From positions 32,423,145-32,487,144 of the forward strand of contig NC_068985.1 in NCBI RefSeq assembly GCF_001194135.2: a stretch of DNA of 64,000 nucleotides, in the 5' to 3' direction. Made by a program: the position numbers and the translations under genes. A model generated the notes under the pieces. That model was not told the origin of the DNA, did not search any database, and saw nothing but the letters and a program-made list of their open reading frames with translations. This DNA is from Octopus bimaculoides. Its lineage: Eukaryota. The first letter of the stretch is position 1. Every line of letters starts with the position of its first letter. Of the stretch, positions 1 through 14,480 are shown piece by piece.

Positions 1-1366
1 CTCTATCAATATGTATAAATAAGAGAGATAGAGAGATAATAGATGGTAGACTACCCTTTACAAATTCTTTTGTAATTGCTTTACTTCTTAGTATGTATAC
101 ATTAGTAGTGTTAAAATTGTTACTTTTATATAAGTAATTCATATGCATCCAAAATTTAGATCTTGAGAGATTGTCTAAGTATATTTCTCTTTGTTAATTT
201 GTTCTGTGCATATCATTTTTTGAAAAAATACTTAAATCATATTTGATTTTTTTTTCTTGTTTCAAGAAAAAGGAATTCATTTCTTTATAATATTTTATTG
301 CTCTAGTTAAATCATCATTGCTTACTATATTGTAAAGTTTAGAGTTTGCTGTCCTATTTAGAAATATACTATGGGCATTTTAAAAACTCATAGTTTTCGC
401 GTATATTCTTTCATCTTTATTTCACCAACATATCCTTATTAATATCAGTTTTATGTTTATTTTTCCCTGCTAGCATAGATCTATAAAGAGCTACCTTTCA
501 GTTACATATTGCATCATATGAAGTCTTCCATGGGAACTTTTACCCCTAACTGACTTCTATATAGTCAAAAGCTATTATTGAGAAGGATGGATGAAATGCA
601 TAAAATTATTAATTTTCAAACTTTCTTCACTTCATATGAGTTTTGAGTTGCTATTAGAAATTAACCAGACGTGATCTCAGTGAGTGGCAGTTAGATATAT
701 TATATCCCGTATCTGTCATGGTTGAGTATGTACTTGTATGCCTTTGCTTTTACAACTTCAAAAATTTTTAGCATCTGTGAAAGTAAAATCTTTAATTTTA
801 TGTAAGGGTTCTCTTTTCCATCACCCCACTCTAGATAATCTTGTCATATGTCAATTACATCTGCTCCCACAGCAGCTGAAAGTAAGAGCCTACCTATTGT
901 TTTCGTGTTCTGCCAAAGTCACTTAGATGCTTAATGTACTACTCTTGTAGTTATATCCTACCATCTTTTTACTTTTACATAGTTTTCTTTTCTGTTAATT
1001 TACAAATGATTGTGATTTTAAGAAGCTGTGTGAGATCTTAAAATGTAAATATTTTTGGATATAGTTTTATGAAAGTTCCTGCAGAAACTTTAAGTAGAAA
1101 ACTGGTAGATTAAAATAGCTTTACTCTCTATTAAATTGGAAGAGTAGTAGTTTTTCATCAGCTTAATTTGGAAATTCAATATCTCAAATTAGTACATTTC
1201 CTATTTGCCATGTCTTTACATTGGGAAATAGTGGAAATTATTTTCTGTAAGAACTGATTAAAACATAACCACTTCTTACCTTCTTAGGTTTTGAAAAGGA
1301 GGTTATTTACTGTTCATACCTTTCTCATGTAGATTCATACAATATAAAAGTGAGTCAGTATATTTA

Positions 1367-2638
1367 TCAGGTCATTAAGAATGAAATGTCTGATTTTCTT
1401 ATGCACCAAGTTTGACAGTTGTTAACTCTAATGTTTTAGCCTGATAATTCTTTGTTTTACAACATTGAAGAGTTACATCACCACTTTTCGAAATGCAATT
1501 CATGGTGTTTGATTATATTGTGAGTTTTCTCTTATAAATCAATTTTTGTGAACTTATGGATAGATTAAATAGTCGTGTTGTTTATGAATATGAGTTCCGT
1601 CGTGGAACCAATGCATCCCAGACAGCTCGAAACATCAATGAGGTGTTTGGTGAAGATGTGGCAAATGAGCACACTGTACTTCGATGGTTTGAGAAATTCC
1701 GGTCTGGTGACTTTACTCTTGAAAATCAGCCCCATGGTAGACTAGAGACCAAGATGGATAATGATGAGCTGGAAACTGTAGTGGAAGCGGATACATCTCA
1801 AACTACACATGAGTTAGCAGCAAGGTTTGATGTTTCAATTCCAACTATATTGGACCATCTGAAACAAATCGGCAAGGTAAAGAAGCTGGACAAGTGGGTA
1901 CCACATGAACTGAACGAGCATCAAATGACATGTCATCTTGAAATTTGCTGTTCTTTGCTGTCACAGCATAAAGGCAAACCATTTTTGCATCATATTGTTA
2001 TGTGTGATGAAATATGGATTCTTTTCAACAATAGCAAGCATTCTTCATGGTAGTTGGATAGGGATGAAGTACTAAAACACAATCCAAAAAGAATATTCAC
2101 CAAAAAAAAAAGCTAATGGTATCTGTTTGGTGGTTCAGCACTGGTGTCAGCTACTATCGCTTCAAGAGACCTGATAAGTCAGTTACAGCAGATGTATACA
2201 TCAACCAACTGGATGAAATGATGAGTGAACTTGCAATTAAACAACCGAGATTGGTCAATAGAGACAGGCCAATTCTCTTGCAGGACGATGCTCAACCACA
2301 TGTTGCACAAAGAACACTACTCAATTTACAGCAAGTGAACTTGGAAGTACTCTGTCATCCACCATATTCACCACACCTTGCACCAACTGACTGTCACGTT
2401 TTCCATATATTTGACAACATTTTGCAAGGACAAAACTTCAAATCTGAAGAAAACAGCCTTTTGTGATTTCATCACGTCTTGCTCTCCAGAATTCTTCACT
2501 GCCAGTGTAAATAAGCTACTGATAAAATGGCAAAATTGTATTGATAATTTAGGTGCATTTAGCTGCATTGCTTTTTGTTGCGATAAAGTAAAATAAACTT
2601 TCAGTTCAAAATCAGACATTTCATTCTTAATGACCTGA
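1367..2638 (+). mobile_element. Mariner (DD34D) DNA transposon, full length (1272 bp), inactivated
   Basis: Perfect 31-bp terminal inverted repeats (tcaggtcattaagaatgaaatgtctgatttt at 1367-1397; reverse complement at 2608-2638) with a TA dinucleotide on both sides. Internal transposase motifs WVPHEL, CDEIWI, LQDDAQPH and YSPHLAPTDCH. Confidence 0.95.
1556..2565 (+). pseudogene. Mariner transposase pseudogene (stop at 2051-2053, frameshifts)
   Basis: ORF track pieces 1556..2053, 2116..2466 and 2378..2596 tile a mariner transposase from the HTH N-terminus to a WQNCID C-terminus, in different frames. Confidence 0.9.
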
Positions 2639-4477
2639 TACTATCCAAATTTGAATGATGCTTAATTTTCTAATTATACCAAGCTAGATATATCAGATGA
2701 TACATTCAGGTCATAAAAACAAATGGCTATCTTAATGATAAGAATGCAGTGTTATCTCATTATTATTATATTTATATTAGCATACACATGCTTACTTTTC
2801 TAATTTCAACTTCTGATTAAGAGTAAATTTATCTAACCTTACAATGTAGATAGTAATGTGAAGCAACGATAGTAACATTATTTTTATTTTATGCTATCAT
2901 GGCCATTGTTAAGATTTTCCTGTACTGTAAGTGGAAGGAAAATTTCATATATGATGCTGTGCAAATGTTTCCAGATGATTCTGTACCCTTCATTTCGATA
3001 AAGGTGCTCATTAAAAGAGTACCTCCAAATTAACACTTGGTAACTTTTCTCTCTTTTTAAGTATCAACCCTGTAATCTAGAGATTTGAAGCTTTCACATC
3101 TCCCTCAAAGTCAAACCTTTCATCACCAATAATTATGTCATAGTAAATACATAGCCTGTAATTTCATTACAAGGTAATTAAATTGCATGCCAATACATCA
3201 ACAATAAATTCATTGTCTTGCTTATTATGCATGAAGTAAATCCATCACTATGCATTAAAGAGTGCTTAGGTTGCATTTCATTAACAGTAAAAAAGAAATT
3301 CAGACCAAAAAATTCTCTCCTAAATCTGAAAATGTTTAGGTTCCAAAAAAGGAACAATCAAGAAATGAAATTGTAACTGAACAGCATATGGTTTGTGTGG
3401 AAATTCTGTATTAGGAAAAGGAAAATATAAAAGTAGTGCATTGAGATGTCAAAGTATCGTCAATGAATTTCCAAATATCGCAAAATAACAGATTAGTGAA
3501 GAGGCCTTACTCATTATTTGCTTTTCTAGAAGGTTTCTACAAATTCAAAATAGTGTTGTCTATTTACTAATCCTAATTTTTTTCTTTTCTATTTTTAAAA
3601 GTGACTTTTGTTTTTCTTTTTATATACATTCTACCAATAAAAAAACATGATGAATTTACAAATATTGTATTTAGTATGGTAATTTTTTTTACCGACAGTA
3701 TATTGGTTCTTGATGTAATTACTTTGCCACAAAGAGTTTACAATGATCCTGTCAATCCTTGTTAAATGTGATTCAAATTCTCTTCTTTTCAAATCATTAA
3801 TAATGGAATAAATTATCAACAAATAGTTCCACAAAAATATGTTTGCTTTTTTCATTGATTATAATTTTGGTTTCATTGAAGTTACCAACCTTACTGGTAA
3901 CTTCTTCTATACTATTCACGATGCCCAGAAAATATTGAGATGGGTTGATACAGTTAGCATCAAATACTTCTGATGTAAATTGCATCTACTAAATCCCTTA
4001 CTTATGGATGCATGTCCAAATAAGACTATAAGAACTCCAGTTTACCTTACAGGCAGAATCAGACATACATATGTTAGTACCTTCTTTGATTTCTATGTTA
4101 TGTATTATCATAAACTAGGATGCTATATCTCCTACTTAATATTTTTTCTGTTAATAACTTTGTTGTTGACTTCTATAATTGTATCTATTCATTCAGAGAC
4201 ATTGTCAATTACTCTCTGTTCTTTCATAAAGTTAAAGTAACTAAACACTGTTTTAATTATAAACTAAAAAATTCTGAAATATTGTGTTACGCAAAATTTA
4301 CAAATAAGTATTTTATAAAAAGTACTTTAAATGTTGTGTTATTGTTACTCTGACTACCTAATTGTTGCTATCAAAATAATTGAAAAAATTGCAGATAGTA
4401 GATGGTGCTTTCTCTGAGCATTGTTTCTGAGGGAACTGTTTTTTCTTTAGGAAAATAAGTCTATAAGATATCTTTTA

Positions 4478-4783
4478 TCTTTTGTTTCAGTCATTAGACT
4501 GTGGCCATGCTGGGGCACCATCTTCAATTTTTAGTTGAATGAATTGACCACAGGACTTATTTTTTAAGCCTGGTACATACTCTATCAGTCTCTTTGCCGA
4601 ACCGCTAGATTACAGGGATGTAAACACACCCTGGTCACCAAGTGGTGATGGGGGGGGGGGCAGACAGACAGAAAGACACACACATAGATAATAGATATGT
4701 ATACATATATATNNNNNNNNNNNNNNNNNNNNNNNNNNNNNNNNNNNNNNNNNNNNNNNNNNNNNNNNNNNNNNNNNNNNNNN

Positions 4784-4823
<40 letters not shown>

Positions 4824-4833
4824 CACACACATC

Positions 4834-4920
<87 letters not shown>

Positions 4921-5107
4921 CCTCTCCCCCTCTCTATATACACACACACAACGGGTTTCTTTCAGTTTCTGTCTTTCTGTCTACCAAATCCACTCACAAG
5001 GCTTTGGTTGGCCTGAGGCTATAGTAGTAGACACTTGCCCAAGGTGCCACACACTGGGACTGAACCCACAACCATGTGGTTGAGAAGCAAGCTTCTTACC
5101 GCACACC
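4478..5107 (-). mobile_element. tRNA-derived SINE, family A, with internal (TA)/(CT) microsatellite and N-gap
   Basis: Read on the minus strand: a tRNA-like head with box A/B-like sequences, then caccttgggcaagtgtct, an internal microsatellite and a conserved tail (+ strand tttcagtcattagactgtggccatgctgg). Matches other copies in this window. Confidence 0.85.
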
Positions 5108-6120
5108 AAAATTTAACTACTAGAACTTATAAGTAAATCATTGTCAAAAAGTTTTCTGAACTTTTACAATTCAATTTAAATGGAAAGTATTGCACAATTT
5201 TGTACATGTGTGAGCATGCGCACACACACGCACAGACACTTGATAGAAACAAACCCTTAAGTGTACTTTTACATGAATTCACAATGAAAATTTTTCATGA
5301 TATTATAAAAAATGGCACATAAAAATGTAACCTATGCCAACCTGCTGGAAAAAGAATAAAGGATAAAGCAATTTTTTCTTGTGGTACTGACTGAATCCAT
5401 ATAAAATTGTTTGCCTATTAAATCTCTTAAGTTTCAGTCATTCATTATACATCAACACAGCTATCAAATATAATCCATTTTTATATAACATTCTTGCAAA
5501 TAAGCCAAATTCTTATCAAGATGGAAGTAAAATTTCAATGAAAATTAACTATGAAATTTTATGCATTAAATTCAAGCCAACTAGAGAAAGTAAATGATGA
5601 GGAGTTATTAGTTTTTCTTTCAGAGAAGTTTTGGACTCTGTCATTTAGCACTGAAGTTAAGTAACATGCTTCACTTACTTTAAAAAAAACGTTCAAGTTT
5701 ATATAAGTGAACAGAAATTCTTTTATTTCTTTACACAAGTCAGATTGCCTTAGAAATAAAAAAAAATTTGCAGTATGGGAGAAAATTGTTGGCTTTTGCT
5801 TATGACATAAGCAGTTTAAGCAGTTCCAACTGGGAATTGAAATCAAGCTCAGTTTCTTGAGGCCATACAATTGCACCATAGTGCTTATTACTTCATAAAT
5901 GGAAAGTGATGTATACTGTTTAACAATATACATCCAAAATTGCAGTATTTATATAATAACCTACAAAAACATAGAAAGCTGGGAAATTAATGTTATGAAC
6001 CAAAGCAATAAGGTATTATTTTACAATTTTCTAAATATTTTTCATATTCATCAGTATTTATTTTATTGTTGAGAAATTTATGGACTATATTCAACTGTAA
6101 ATGGCTTAACATTTGTATCT

Positions 6121-6606
6121 CTCTTTTACTCTTTTACTTGTTTCAGTCATTTGACTGCAGCCATGCTGGAGCACCGCCTTTAGTCGAGCAAATCGACCCC
6201 AGGACTTATTCTTTGTAAGCCTAGTACTTATTCTATCAGTCTCTTTTGCCAAACCACTAAGTTACGGAGACATAAACACACCAGCATCGGTTGTCAAGCG
6301 ATGTTGGGGGGGGGCGAACACAGACACACAAACACACACACACACACATACACACATATATATATACACACACACACACATACACACATATATACACACA
6401 CACACACNNNNNNNNNNNNNNNNNNNNNNNNNNNNNNNNNNNNNNNNNNNNNNNNNNNNNNNNNNNNNNNNNNNNNNNNNNNNNNNNNNACAAGGCATTG
6501 GTCAGCCCGAGGCTATAGTAGAAGACACTTGCCCAAGGTGCCACACAGTGAGACTGAACCCAGGACCATGTGGTTGGTAAGCAAGCTACTTACCACACAG
6601 CCACTC
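6121..6606 (-). mobile_element. tRNA-derived SINE, family A
   Basis: Close match to the copies at 4478 and 42601. Minus strand begins agtggctgtgtggtaagtagcttgc (box A-like) and contains gggttcagtctc (box B-like). Internal (AC)/(AT) run and gap. Confidence 0.88.
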
Positions 6607-6967
6607 ATATGCCTATATGTATTTGTTTTGAAAATTAGTTTTTTAGGTAACTAGTCATGTGTTTTTTTTTTGTTTTTTTTTAAATAGTCTTCATTGTGTG
6701 AAGAGACAGTATTTAAATCTTGCTTGCTGGCGAACTTCTTCATCTGATAAACTTTTTTTTAAATTTTTCAAGATTAAAAACAAAAATAGTAAAAAGAAAT
6801 TTCATATTTGTTTCAAATAAATTTGTTAGCCTTTGAAGTATTAAACCTACGTGGTGTTTGTAGTATTTTGATCAGATGCAAGGCCAGTTTTATTTCAGTA
6901 TATTACTGGTAGATATTTAACTGAGTATAGAAGTTTGAAGAGGAATGTTGACAATTAGATATGATAG

Positions 6968-7067
6968 TCATTGTCATCATCATTGTTTAATGTCCGCTTT
7001 CCATGCTGGCATGGGTTGGACGTTTTGACTGAGGACTGGCAAGCCAGGAGGCTGCACCAAGCTCCAA
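6968..7067 (-). mobile_element. RTE LINE 3' end fragment / RTE-tailed short element
   Basis: catcatcattgtttaatgtccgctttccatgctggcatgg is the reverse complement of the RTE 3' terminus at about 51400-51460. Confidence 0.75.
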
Positions 7068-9277
7068 TAGTATGTATTGTAATATATTTAGTTTGGTGCT
7101 CCACGCTTTCAGCTACTTGTTCTATAGCTGTTATTTGTACTGATAAAAGGTGATCATCACTAATGATTTAACCCATGCAAACATGGTAAACTGAACATTA
7201 ATATGATGATGTTGATGGTGATGATTCATATAATTTACCTCAATGTTGTCTTGTTTCCAACATCTGCATTATTACTCTCTTTATCAGCTTTTAAAATCCT
7301 TTTGGCATTGTGATCTGAATTGTCATGATTTTTATTAATTTTTTTTATTTTCTGCAAAATCAGATTTTGTTAATATTATTTAAAAATAGAAAATGCTAGA
7401 AATTAAACCATTATGCAAAACTGGAACATAGAATTCTTCATGCTATTAAGACTTTGAAATTTTCACAGAATTGCTTTCTAGAAGTTATCATAATAACAAC
7501 ACCCAGTAAAATAAATTTTTCAGGATAGTAACCGCATAGTTGAAGATGAATGAAGAAAAACAAAGATCTCCAGTCATCATTATCATTGTTCTATCTATGT
7601 ACACATCAGTGGATGTGTATATAGTACCAAACTGTTTTCGAATTAGAAATCTTTATTTTGGACCAAATAATAATACTAGACCTTTGATGCATGTACATGT
7701 GTCAGTGCCTGAATGATTCCTAGTTAAAATTCAAATTGGTATCATGTATACACCTAGGAATATGACAAAGATGAAACACATTGAAACCTCATTTCAAAAT
7801 AAATATTTAAAAGATGTTTCATCTCTATTGATGAGATTAATAGCTTGAAAATTAATAATCTTATTACTCTTGAACATTTACCTTACCCAGTTTCTTTTAG
7901 TTCTTTTGGGCACCAATTATTGATGTACCATATTATTTTGCTTTTTAGGGACTCTTAGTTTTAAAGTGAATATTATTAACATGAAGTTAATGACTGAAGT
8001 TATTTTATTTAACAAAATAATTGCATTCATTAGTTACACTTTCCACACTAAGTTGGTAAAGAGGACAACTTTCTTTGTTTCCGTTGATAGATGCTTGACT
8101 ACATGTATCCTGTATATAGGAAATATGTTGGGAAAGTGTATTAGTCAAATTTGGTACAGAAGGCACATGGGTATAGCCTTAAGTAGGTAATCATTCTGGT
8201 ATTACAGTTATATACTCTATTGATAGACTGTATTATTGTTAAGAGGAATGATAGAATCATTAAAAATAGACTTACAATAAGCAACATGGCAGCAGCTGAA
8301 AGCGCTCTGTATACTCTGCAAACTGAAGAAACCTATGCAGATGGACCAGTTCTTGGTACAAAGTTTTTGTACCACTACCTCAAAGACTGAGATATGGTAA
8401 GTGTACCAGGGTATAATTAGTCATAGTATAGCATCAAAATATTATTAACTCTGATGCAGGGAAGCTATAGGCTTGTTATTAAGACAGAAGAATTATGTTT
8501 TTGTGTGTTTTGAAATGTTAAGAAACTAATGTCTGTTGCACAAACTCCAGAAAGCCAGCTGATAATAATGGAAAACATGGAGGCCAAAATGGTTTTGTGA
8601 TAGCTAATTTTCACATAGTGCTAGCAAACATTTATGTAGACAGTTGGGAACAGCATAGAATACATTTGAGCATACCTAAGGATCAATGTACTGTAAACTA
8701 TTGACCAGTTCTGTAGCTGGGGTAGTATCACAGTTAATATATATCATAACATTGGAGTAGCATATTACATTTGGCCGTAAGAGAAATGGAGCAGGTTTAG
8801 AAGTAATGAAGAAAAAGACACAGTTCATAGAATAATAGGCAAAAGTTAGGTATGTCTAACAAGAAATATGGCCAGAAAAAGATTCCTTGATGTCCTGAAA
8901 GGAGAGAGGCTAGAAATGTTTTGAATTTATTTATTTGATCACAGAAATATGTTGCCTTTGGATGTTACTTGCAGTAAGGATTAACTCATTCTTGGAAGTG
9001 TTTCGGTCACATCAGAGAATATTGGATCTCAAAGGGATAGAGAACTGATATAAGGAAATTGTACATTGTCACCAAGGAAAAAAAATATATATATTAAAAC
9101 AACGATGATTCCTGTATATTTTAGTTTAAATGATATAATGATTTGTTGGATAAATTAATAAGTAAGAATACAGAATTGTACATTCTGTTTAATGTTTTAC
9201 TTGCCATCATGTTGTGGATGGATAAACTACTAGTGTGTATATGAGTATGATGGTGTTTGACATATTCCTTTTGTTCC

Positions 9278-9615
9278 TTTTACTTATTTCAGTCACTAGA
9301 TTGCAGCCATGCTGGGATACTGCTTTGAAGAATTTTTAGTCGAATGTATCAACCCTTGTATTCATATTTTTTTAAAGCCTGGTACTTGTTCTATTGGTTC
9401 TTTTGCCAAACCACTAAGTTACACGGACATAAACACACCAGCACTGGCTGTCAAGCAGTGGTGTGGTGGTGGTAGTGGGGGGACACAGAGAGAAAGAGAG
9501 CAAACACACACACACGGCAGGTTTCTTTCGGTTTCCATCTACTAAACCCACTCACAAGGCTTTGATCAGCCCAAACCATGTTGTTGGGAAGCAATCTTCT
9601 TACCACATGGCCACA
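9278..9615 (-). mobile_element. tRNA-derived SINE, family A (diverged)
   Basis: Same tail, body and head order as the other family A copies, with more substitutions. Confidence 0.75.
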
Positions 9616-10181
9616 TCTGTACTTATATGATGATTGTGTTTGTGTGTATATGGATGTTTCATTTTATATCTACTTTCAAGTACTAGCATGAACTGGACAG
9701 GTTATCATAGCCCAAGTCAGTTCTTTACATAACTACCCTCCTACATTTCATATTTGGCATGGTTTCAATGGTTGGTTGTCCTTCCTAACACCAGCCACTT
9801 TACAAAGTATATTGGGTAAATTTTATTGTGGTAGCAGTACTATAAAAATTATTTTGCCTTTGGCAAGAGTAGTGTCTCCTCTACCCTATACTGTTTCTGC
9901 TTGTTCAAGGTAACCTGAGTGAAAGGATGAATAGAAGAGACAGTCAATGTGGGGGAATCAGGATGAACGTACGAAGCAGAGTGATGGTAATGAGAGAGTT
10001 CTTGAAAGGAGTAATAGAAGAGAGCCAGTGATATATAACTACCGTTAGTTGTTGGCAGGTGTTGAATAGGAACACAGTGTGAGTGGCATGATGTAAGGGA
10101 AGAGTTATAGGAAGGAGACAGGATGATGTTAAAGAAGTGAAAGAGAGTAGTGAATGTCAACAATGAGTGACAGAGAAAGGA

Positions 10182-10183
<2 letters not shown>

Positions 10184-10248
<65 letters not shown>
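10184..10248. repeat. (GT)n microsatellite
   Basis: Uninterrupted GT run. Confidence 0.95.
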
Positions 10249-10253
<5 letters not shown>

Positions 10254-10599
10254 AGTGATAAGTAAGCAAAAAGATGGCTGATGTTGAGAGAGTGAGTAAA
10301 CATAGGTACAGGTAAGAGTGATAGTGCTCCATAATGATGAGGTAGGGAATAATAAGAGAGGGAGTGATGGTTAATAATAAAGAAGGGTGGTGTTAGGGAC
10401 AGTTGAAACAAATAGATCCTTAATTATACTGACAGTGTGGCAAGAAAAAGAAGTCATAGATGAAGGTAGAAGATTGGATGTAGACAGATATAATGCCATC
10501 CCTCATTAAACAGGAAACCTGATAGATGAGAAGGTATGAAAGAGAAGGAAGAGGGAAACTTCACAAAAACATAAAGGGCAAGAGACCCAGATGTAGATT

Positions 10600-11010
10600 T
10601 ATATGCCATTTTCAATTACCAGCAACACCAATTTCTTGTCCATTTTCACCAAGTATGTATAGGCCAACATTCTCCAGTGCAACCTTTTCAGTACTCATTT
10701 CATGAGATTTAGCCGTTTGAGGTCAGTCTTCACTTTGGCTCATGTTTTCCTAGCTCTCCCATTTCTTACAGGTTCCATCAACTTTGAAAGCTTGGCACTT
10801 CTTTATACAACTCGTGCATCAGCTGCCCATATCAGCTCAGTCTTCTCTCTTACATACGTCCGGTTCCTCTTATATATCATTTTTTTCCTCTTGGTTCACT
10901 GGTTCTCCATCATTTATGCGCACTAGCATTATACATTCTACATAGTATGCTTGCTTCACTTCTTTACAGCCTTCACTTCTACATTCAAGGCACCCTTACC
11001 ACTACATCAC
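10600..11010 (-). mobile_element. Old RTE LINE ORF2 C-terminal fragment
   Basis: Minus-strand translation gives degenerate RNGRARKT..VKTDLKRLNL, similar to the RTE RGRPRKTW C-terminal motif. Many stops. Confidence 0.5.
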
Positions 11011-11931
11011 ACTTAGTATACAATCTGCTGGGTGCGTGTGTGTATTTACATTAAGCTACGGATGCTTGCATAAAAAAACAATACCACAACAGAAAATTTA
11101 ATACATATAGCAAAATGAAATGTATTAAATGATAAAGTCTATATGCGATAACACATTATAACTTGGTAGCATATCTAGGAGTGCTGCAAAGTCATCGGAC
11201 AATCAAAATACTTGAGTGTCTAGCTCTAATATCAGCTACATATATGATTTATATGGTAAAGAACATAACTCATTACATATATTACTTGGGATAAGTTATT
11301 TGAGTTAATTAAAAGTAAACTTTGTAGTAGTAAATTTGGAAAAGTTAAGTTGAAATCATGAAAGTATTGATGAGTGTATTAAATATCTTGCTTTACTGGC
11401 AAAGGATTGACAGTGTATAGAGATTGGAAATTTCATTTTGGGATAAAATTGAAGATAGAGAGTACCACTGCTCTTGGTAAATAGTTAAGTATTGATTCAA
11501 TCAGTCAAGCTGTGATATAATCTTCCAATCTTACAGTAGATACTTAGTAGTGACATTTGGTAAAGATCTGATTTGACATTTTGAAAGTCTGGATTTATTG
11601 AGTATGAGGTTCCTTCCAGTTATGTATAACCCTCAACATTTTGTGCCATTTTTTTTTATATGGTCTTGGTCTCTCAAGGATCTATCTACTTGATTTCAAA
11701 TGTAGTAGCATGTTCTTTCAATTACCAGACACAATGATATAGTTTAACTGCATTCCTGTATTTCTGAAGAAAGAAGTCTGGTTAAAGTATACCTCCTATC
11801 TTACTGACATAGTGTTTAAGCATAATGTTTGAGTATGATTTGGTGGAGGTGATCTCTATCTCGTAGATAATCATTTCAGCATTACATGACTAAGTAGGGC
11901 ATGCATTATTTCTATTGAAATAGTTCTTGGC

Positions 11932-11997
11932 ATTGGTTGTTGAGTAGAAATGTTTATTAATGCTATTGGTGGTTGAGCAGAAATGTTTATTAATGCT
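11932..11997. repeat. 33-bp tandem duplication
   Basis: attggttgttgagtagaaatgtttattaatgct is followed directly by attggtggttgagcagaaatgtttattaatgct (2 mismatches). Confidence 0.9.
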
Positions 11998-12374
11998 GTG
12001 AAATTTTTAGCAATGTTAGACTTAGTATTTAAAGAGAAGAAATCTGTAAATCAGGTAATGTTGCAGTATCTCTTTCCATTGGATGGGAGTGGTAATTTAG
12101 TGTTAAGGTGTATATGAAATTTTATATTTAAAATGTACTAGTTTCTTGTGATTTATGTGGTAGTTGCATTATTGAAGATTAGTGGAAGTAATGGCTGTTA
12201 GAGTGCTCAGATATTGCCAGCCCATCATCTCTATATAAATCTACAACTTTTGTAGTGAATATATTTCATATTTCTAAATAAAGTGTGACTGAAGTTTCCT
12301 GACATAGAATGGACACTCATATTTATGTATGCATGCATGTGCTTATGTGTGTGCATGCAATATATATATATATT

Positions 12375-13018
12375 CAGGGGTTGGACAAAATAATGGGAAC
12401 ACCTAGCATCATAATTTTGAAATATCTATAAAACCGTGAAAAGCTTGTTTATTTTTGTTTTTTGATTTATTATTAGTGTTGCTTAATATGTTTTGCTAAA
12501 ATTGCTGTTTCTTTTCAAAGTGGTCAAATTGTTGGTGCTTGTATGGCAGGCGCTAGTGTAACGAAAACAGTCGAAATGTTTGGTGTATCAAGAAGTACTG
12601 TCTCGAAAGCAATGACAGCCTTTGAGAAAGAGGGAAAAACCTCCTCATTGAAACAAAATTCCAGAAGAAAACCAAAGCTTTCAAATAGGGACTGTTGGAC
12701 TCTTACGCGAATTGTTAGAAAGGATCACAAAAGTAGAGCTCCCAAAATTACTGCAGAGCTTAATGACCACCTCGAGAACCCAGTTTCCACAAAAACTGTT
12801 CGCTGGGAGCTGCACAAAACCAGATTTCATGGGAGTGCTGCAATCAGAACACCACTACTTTCAAGTACAAATGTTGCAAAGCGTTCAGAGTGGAGTAAAA
12901 ACCTACAGAATTGGTCCTTAGAGCAGTGGAAGAATGTTATTTTCTTGGACAAGTCATCTTTTACCATATTTCCGACCACCTGCCGAGTATATGTGTGGAG
13001 ACAGCCAAAAGAAGCATG
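12375..13018 (+). mobile_element. Tc1-like transposon, 3'-truncated
   Basis: Left end caggggttggacaaaataatgggaacacct in a TA-rich site. ORF 12543..13076 has a Tc1/Tc3-type HTH region and WKNVIFLDKSSF (first catalytic Asp region). Homology stops at about 13018; no right TIR found. Confidence 0.85.
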
Positions 13019-13181
13019 TAAAAGTACCCATTACACTTTCGGAGTGGTTGGCATTAGAAAGGGCATCCAACTGTAGTAATTATCAAATCAGACTGGAGCA
13101 TGATGCAGCCTTCCAGCTTGCCAGCTCTGGTCAAACCATCCAACCCATGCCAGCATGGACAACAGACGTTAAATGATGGTG
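13019..13181 (+). mobile_element. RTE LINE 3' end fragment at the Tc1 truncation point
   Basis: ggagtggttggcattagaaagggcatccaactgtag...catgccagcatggacaacagacgttaaatgatggtgat matches the RTE 3' UTR at about 51290-51460. Confidence 0.75.
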
Positions 13182-13799
13182 ATCACTCACACACACACAC
13201 ACACACGCACACGCACACGCACACACTATAAGATGTGGATTCAGAGAGTCAAATGATTATGGAACTTCTGCTTATGACACCAACCAGACCACATGGCACT
13301 GACAACCAAGTGAACTGTGATAGTGAAGAGTAAGGTTGTATTAGTGAAGCAAGGAGATGAAACAAAAAAGTAAGGGAGTAAGGGAAGGGAGAAACAAGAA
13401 AAAACAAAGAGTAACTGTGAAGAAGTTATGCTTTTCTGTCAACATCATTAGGTGAGGTCATGCTATTAGACAATACCTGTTAAACAACAGTCATAAATTC
13501 AACCATCATTCTGCCCCTATCAGATTTTCTAATCCATGCCTAATCAAAGTAACCTACTCCTTAACTCTCATACTACCTCTGCCACCTGTAATTGAAACCA
13601 ACTCCATCAATTCTTTGCTGACTATTTTTGGAGGAAAATGTACTTCATCTCTTCCTCACTCAAGAAAGTTAATTGGATCTTCTCTTAGGTCTGTCTTTTA
13701 ACATCTTTCACAATTTAACCCTATTACCTTCAAGTCTGCTGTACAGGTAAAGAACAGTGTTAGAGCACAATGAATAAAATGCTTGTCATCATCAGCCTT

Positions 13800-14480
13800 G
13801 AGGCAACCTCCCCCTCCCCATTGCTGTGCAAACACTCACCTTCTCAGTTAAATTACAACTTGGCTTTCTTGTGCCATGTAAGAACATGTTTACTAACTTT
13901 GAAGATCCAACTAAGATGTTTTTGCAAGCAACACTTCTGCAAATAAGGCTGCAAACTTTGTTGCTAATTTCTTCCCAGTCTGACACTGGACATGTACAAA
14001 CATATCCAGGCAGCTCTGAATATGTGCCTGTATGCATGTATGTGTGTACACATGCATGCATGCGCCCCCCCCCCCCCGAATTTCTTTTCTTGAACTTGCT
14101 CGCTCTACCACTGAAAGCAAAATTTATTCAGTTACTATAATTCAACAATACAACCCTTTCAAGCAGCAAACTCCTAAACTAGCCCCTATCTTTGTCAGAC
14201 TCTTCGATTTGGATATCATAATTTATGGAAATATATAATTTGTACTTCTCAAAGGAAGGCAACTTTTCAGATTCCACCAATTCCTGACCTGCCACTTTTA
14301 ATTCCTACATCTCCTTAAGTATTGAAAACAGCCATTGACTACCAGTATGGTTTCTGTAGAACCACTTCTGGGGGATCTTCTTTAGTAAGAGAACTTAATA
14401 TCACTTTTGTATCATTCAAGCAGTTTACCCTCTCTAGCCATTGGCTGGTCTCAAATCATCTGATGTTCCTTGTCCATCAG
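13800..14480 (+). mobile_element. Highly decayed non-LTR retrotransposon RT fragment (CR1/L2-like)
   Basis: Fragmentary translations LAPIFVRLFDL and DYQYGFCRTTSG resemble RT domain 1-2 motifs; heavily broken. Confidence 0.35.

Noticed and set aside
4585-6654. ORFs rich in RE, YI, TH and SL repeats (also at 19821-20332, 21837-22148 and 23181-23465)
   Set aside because: Translations of dinucleotide microsatellites and N-gaps, not genes.
8286-8396. 34-codon ORF (MAAAESALYTLQTEE...) with good Kozak context followed by a TG|GTAAGT donor
   Set aside because: No upstream polypyrimidine acceptor, no recognised homology, and it sits among decayed repeat-like sequence. It could at most be a UTR exon; I cannot support it.
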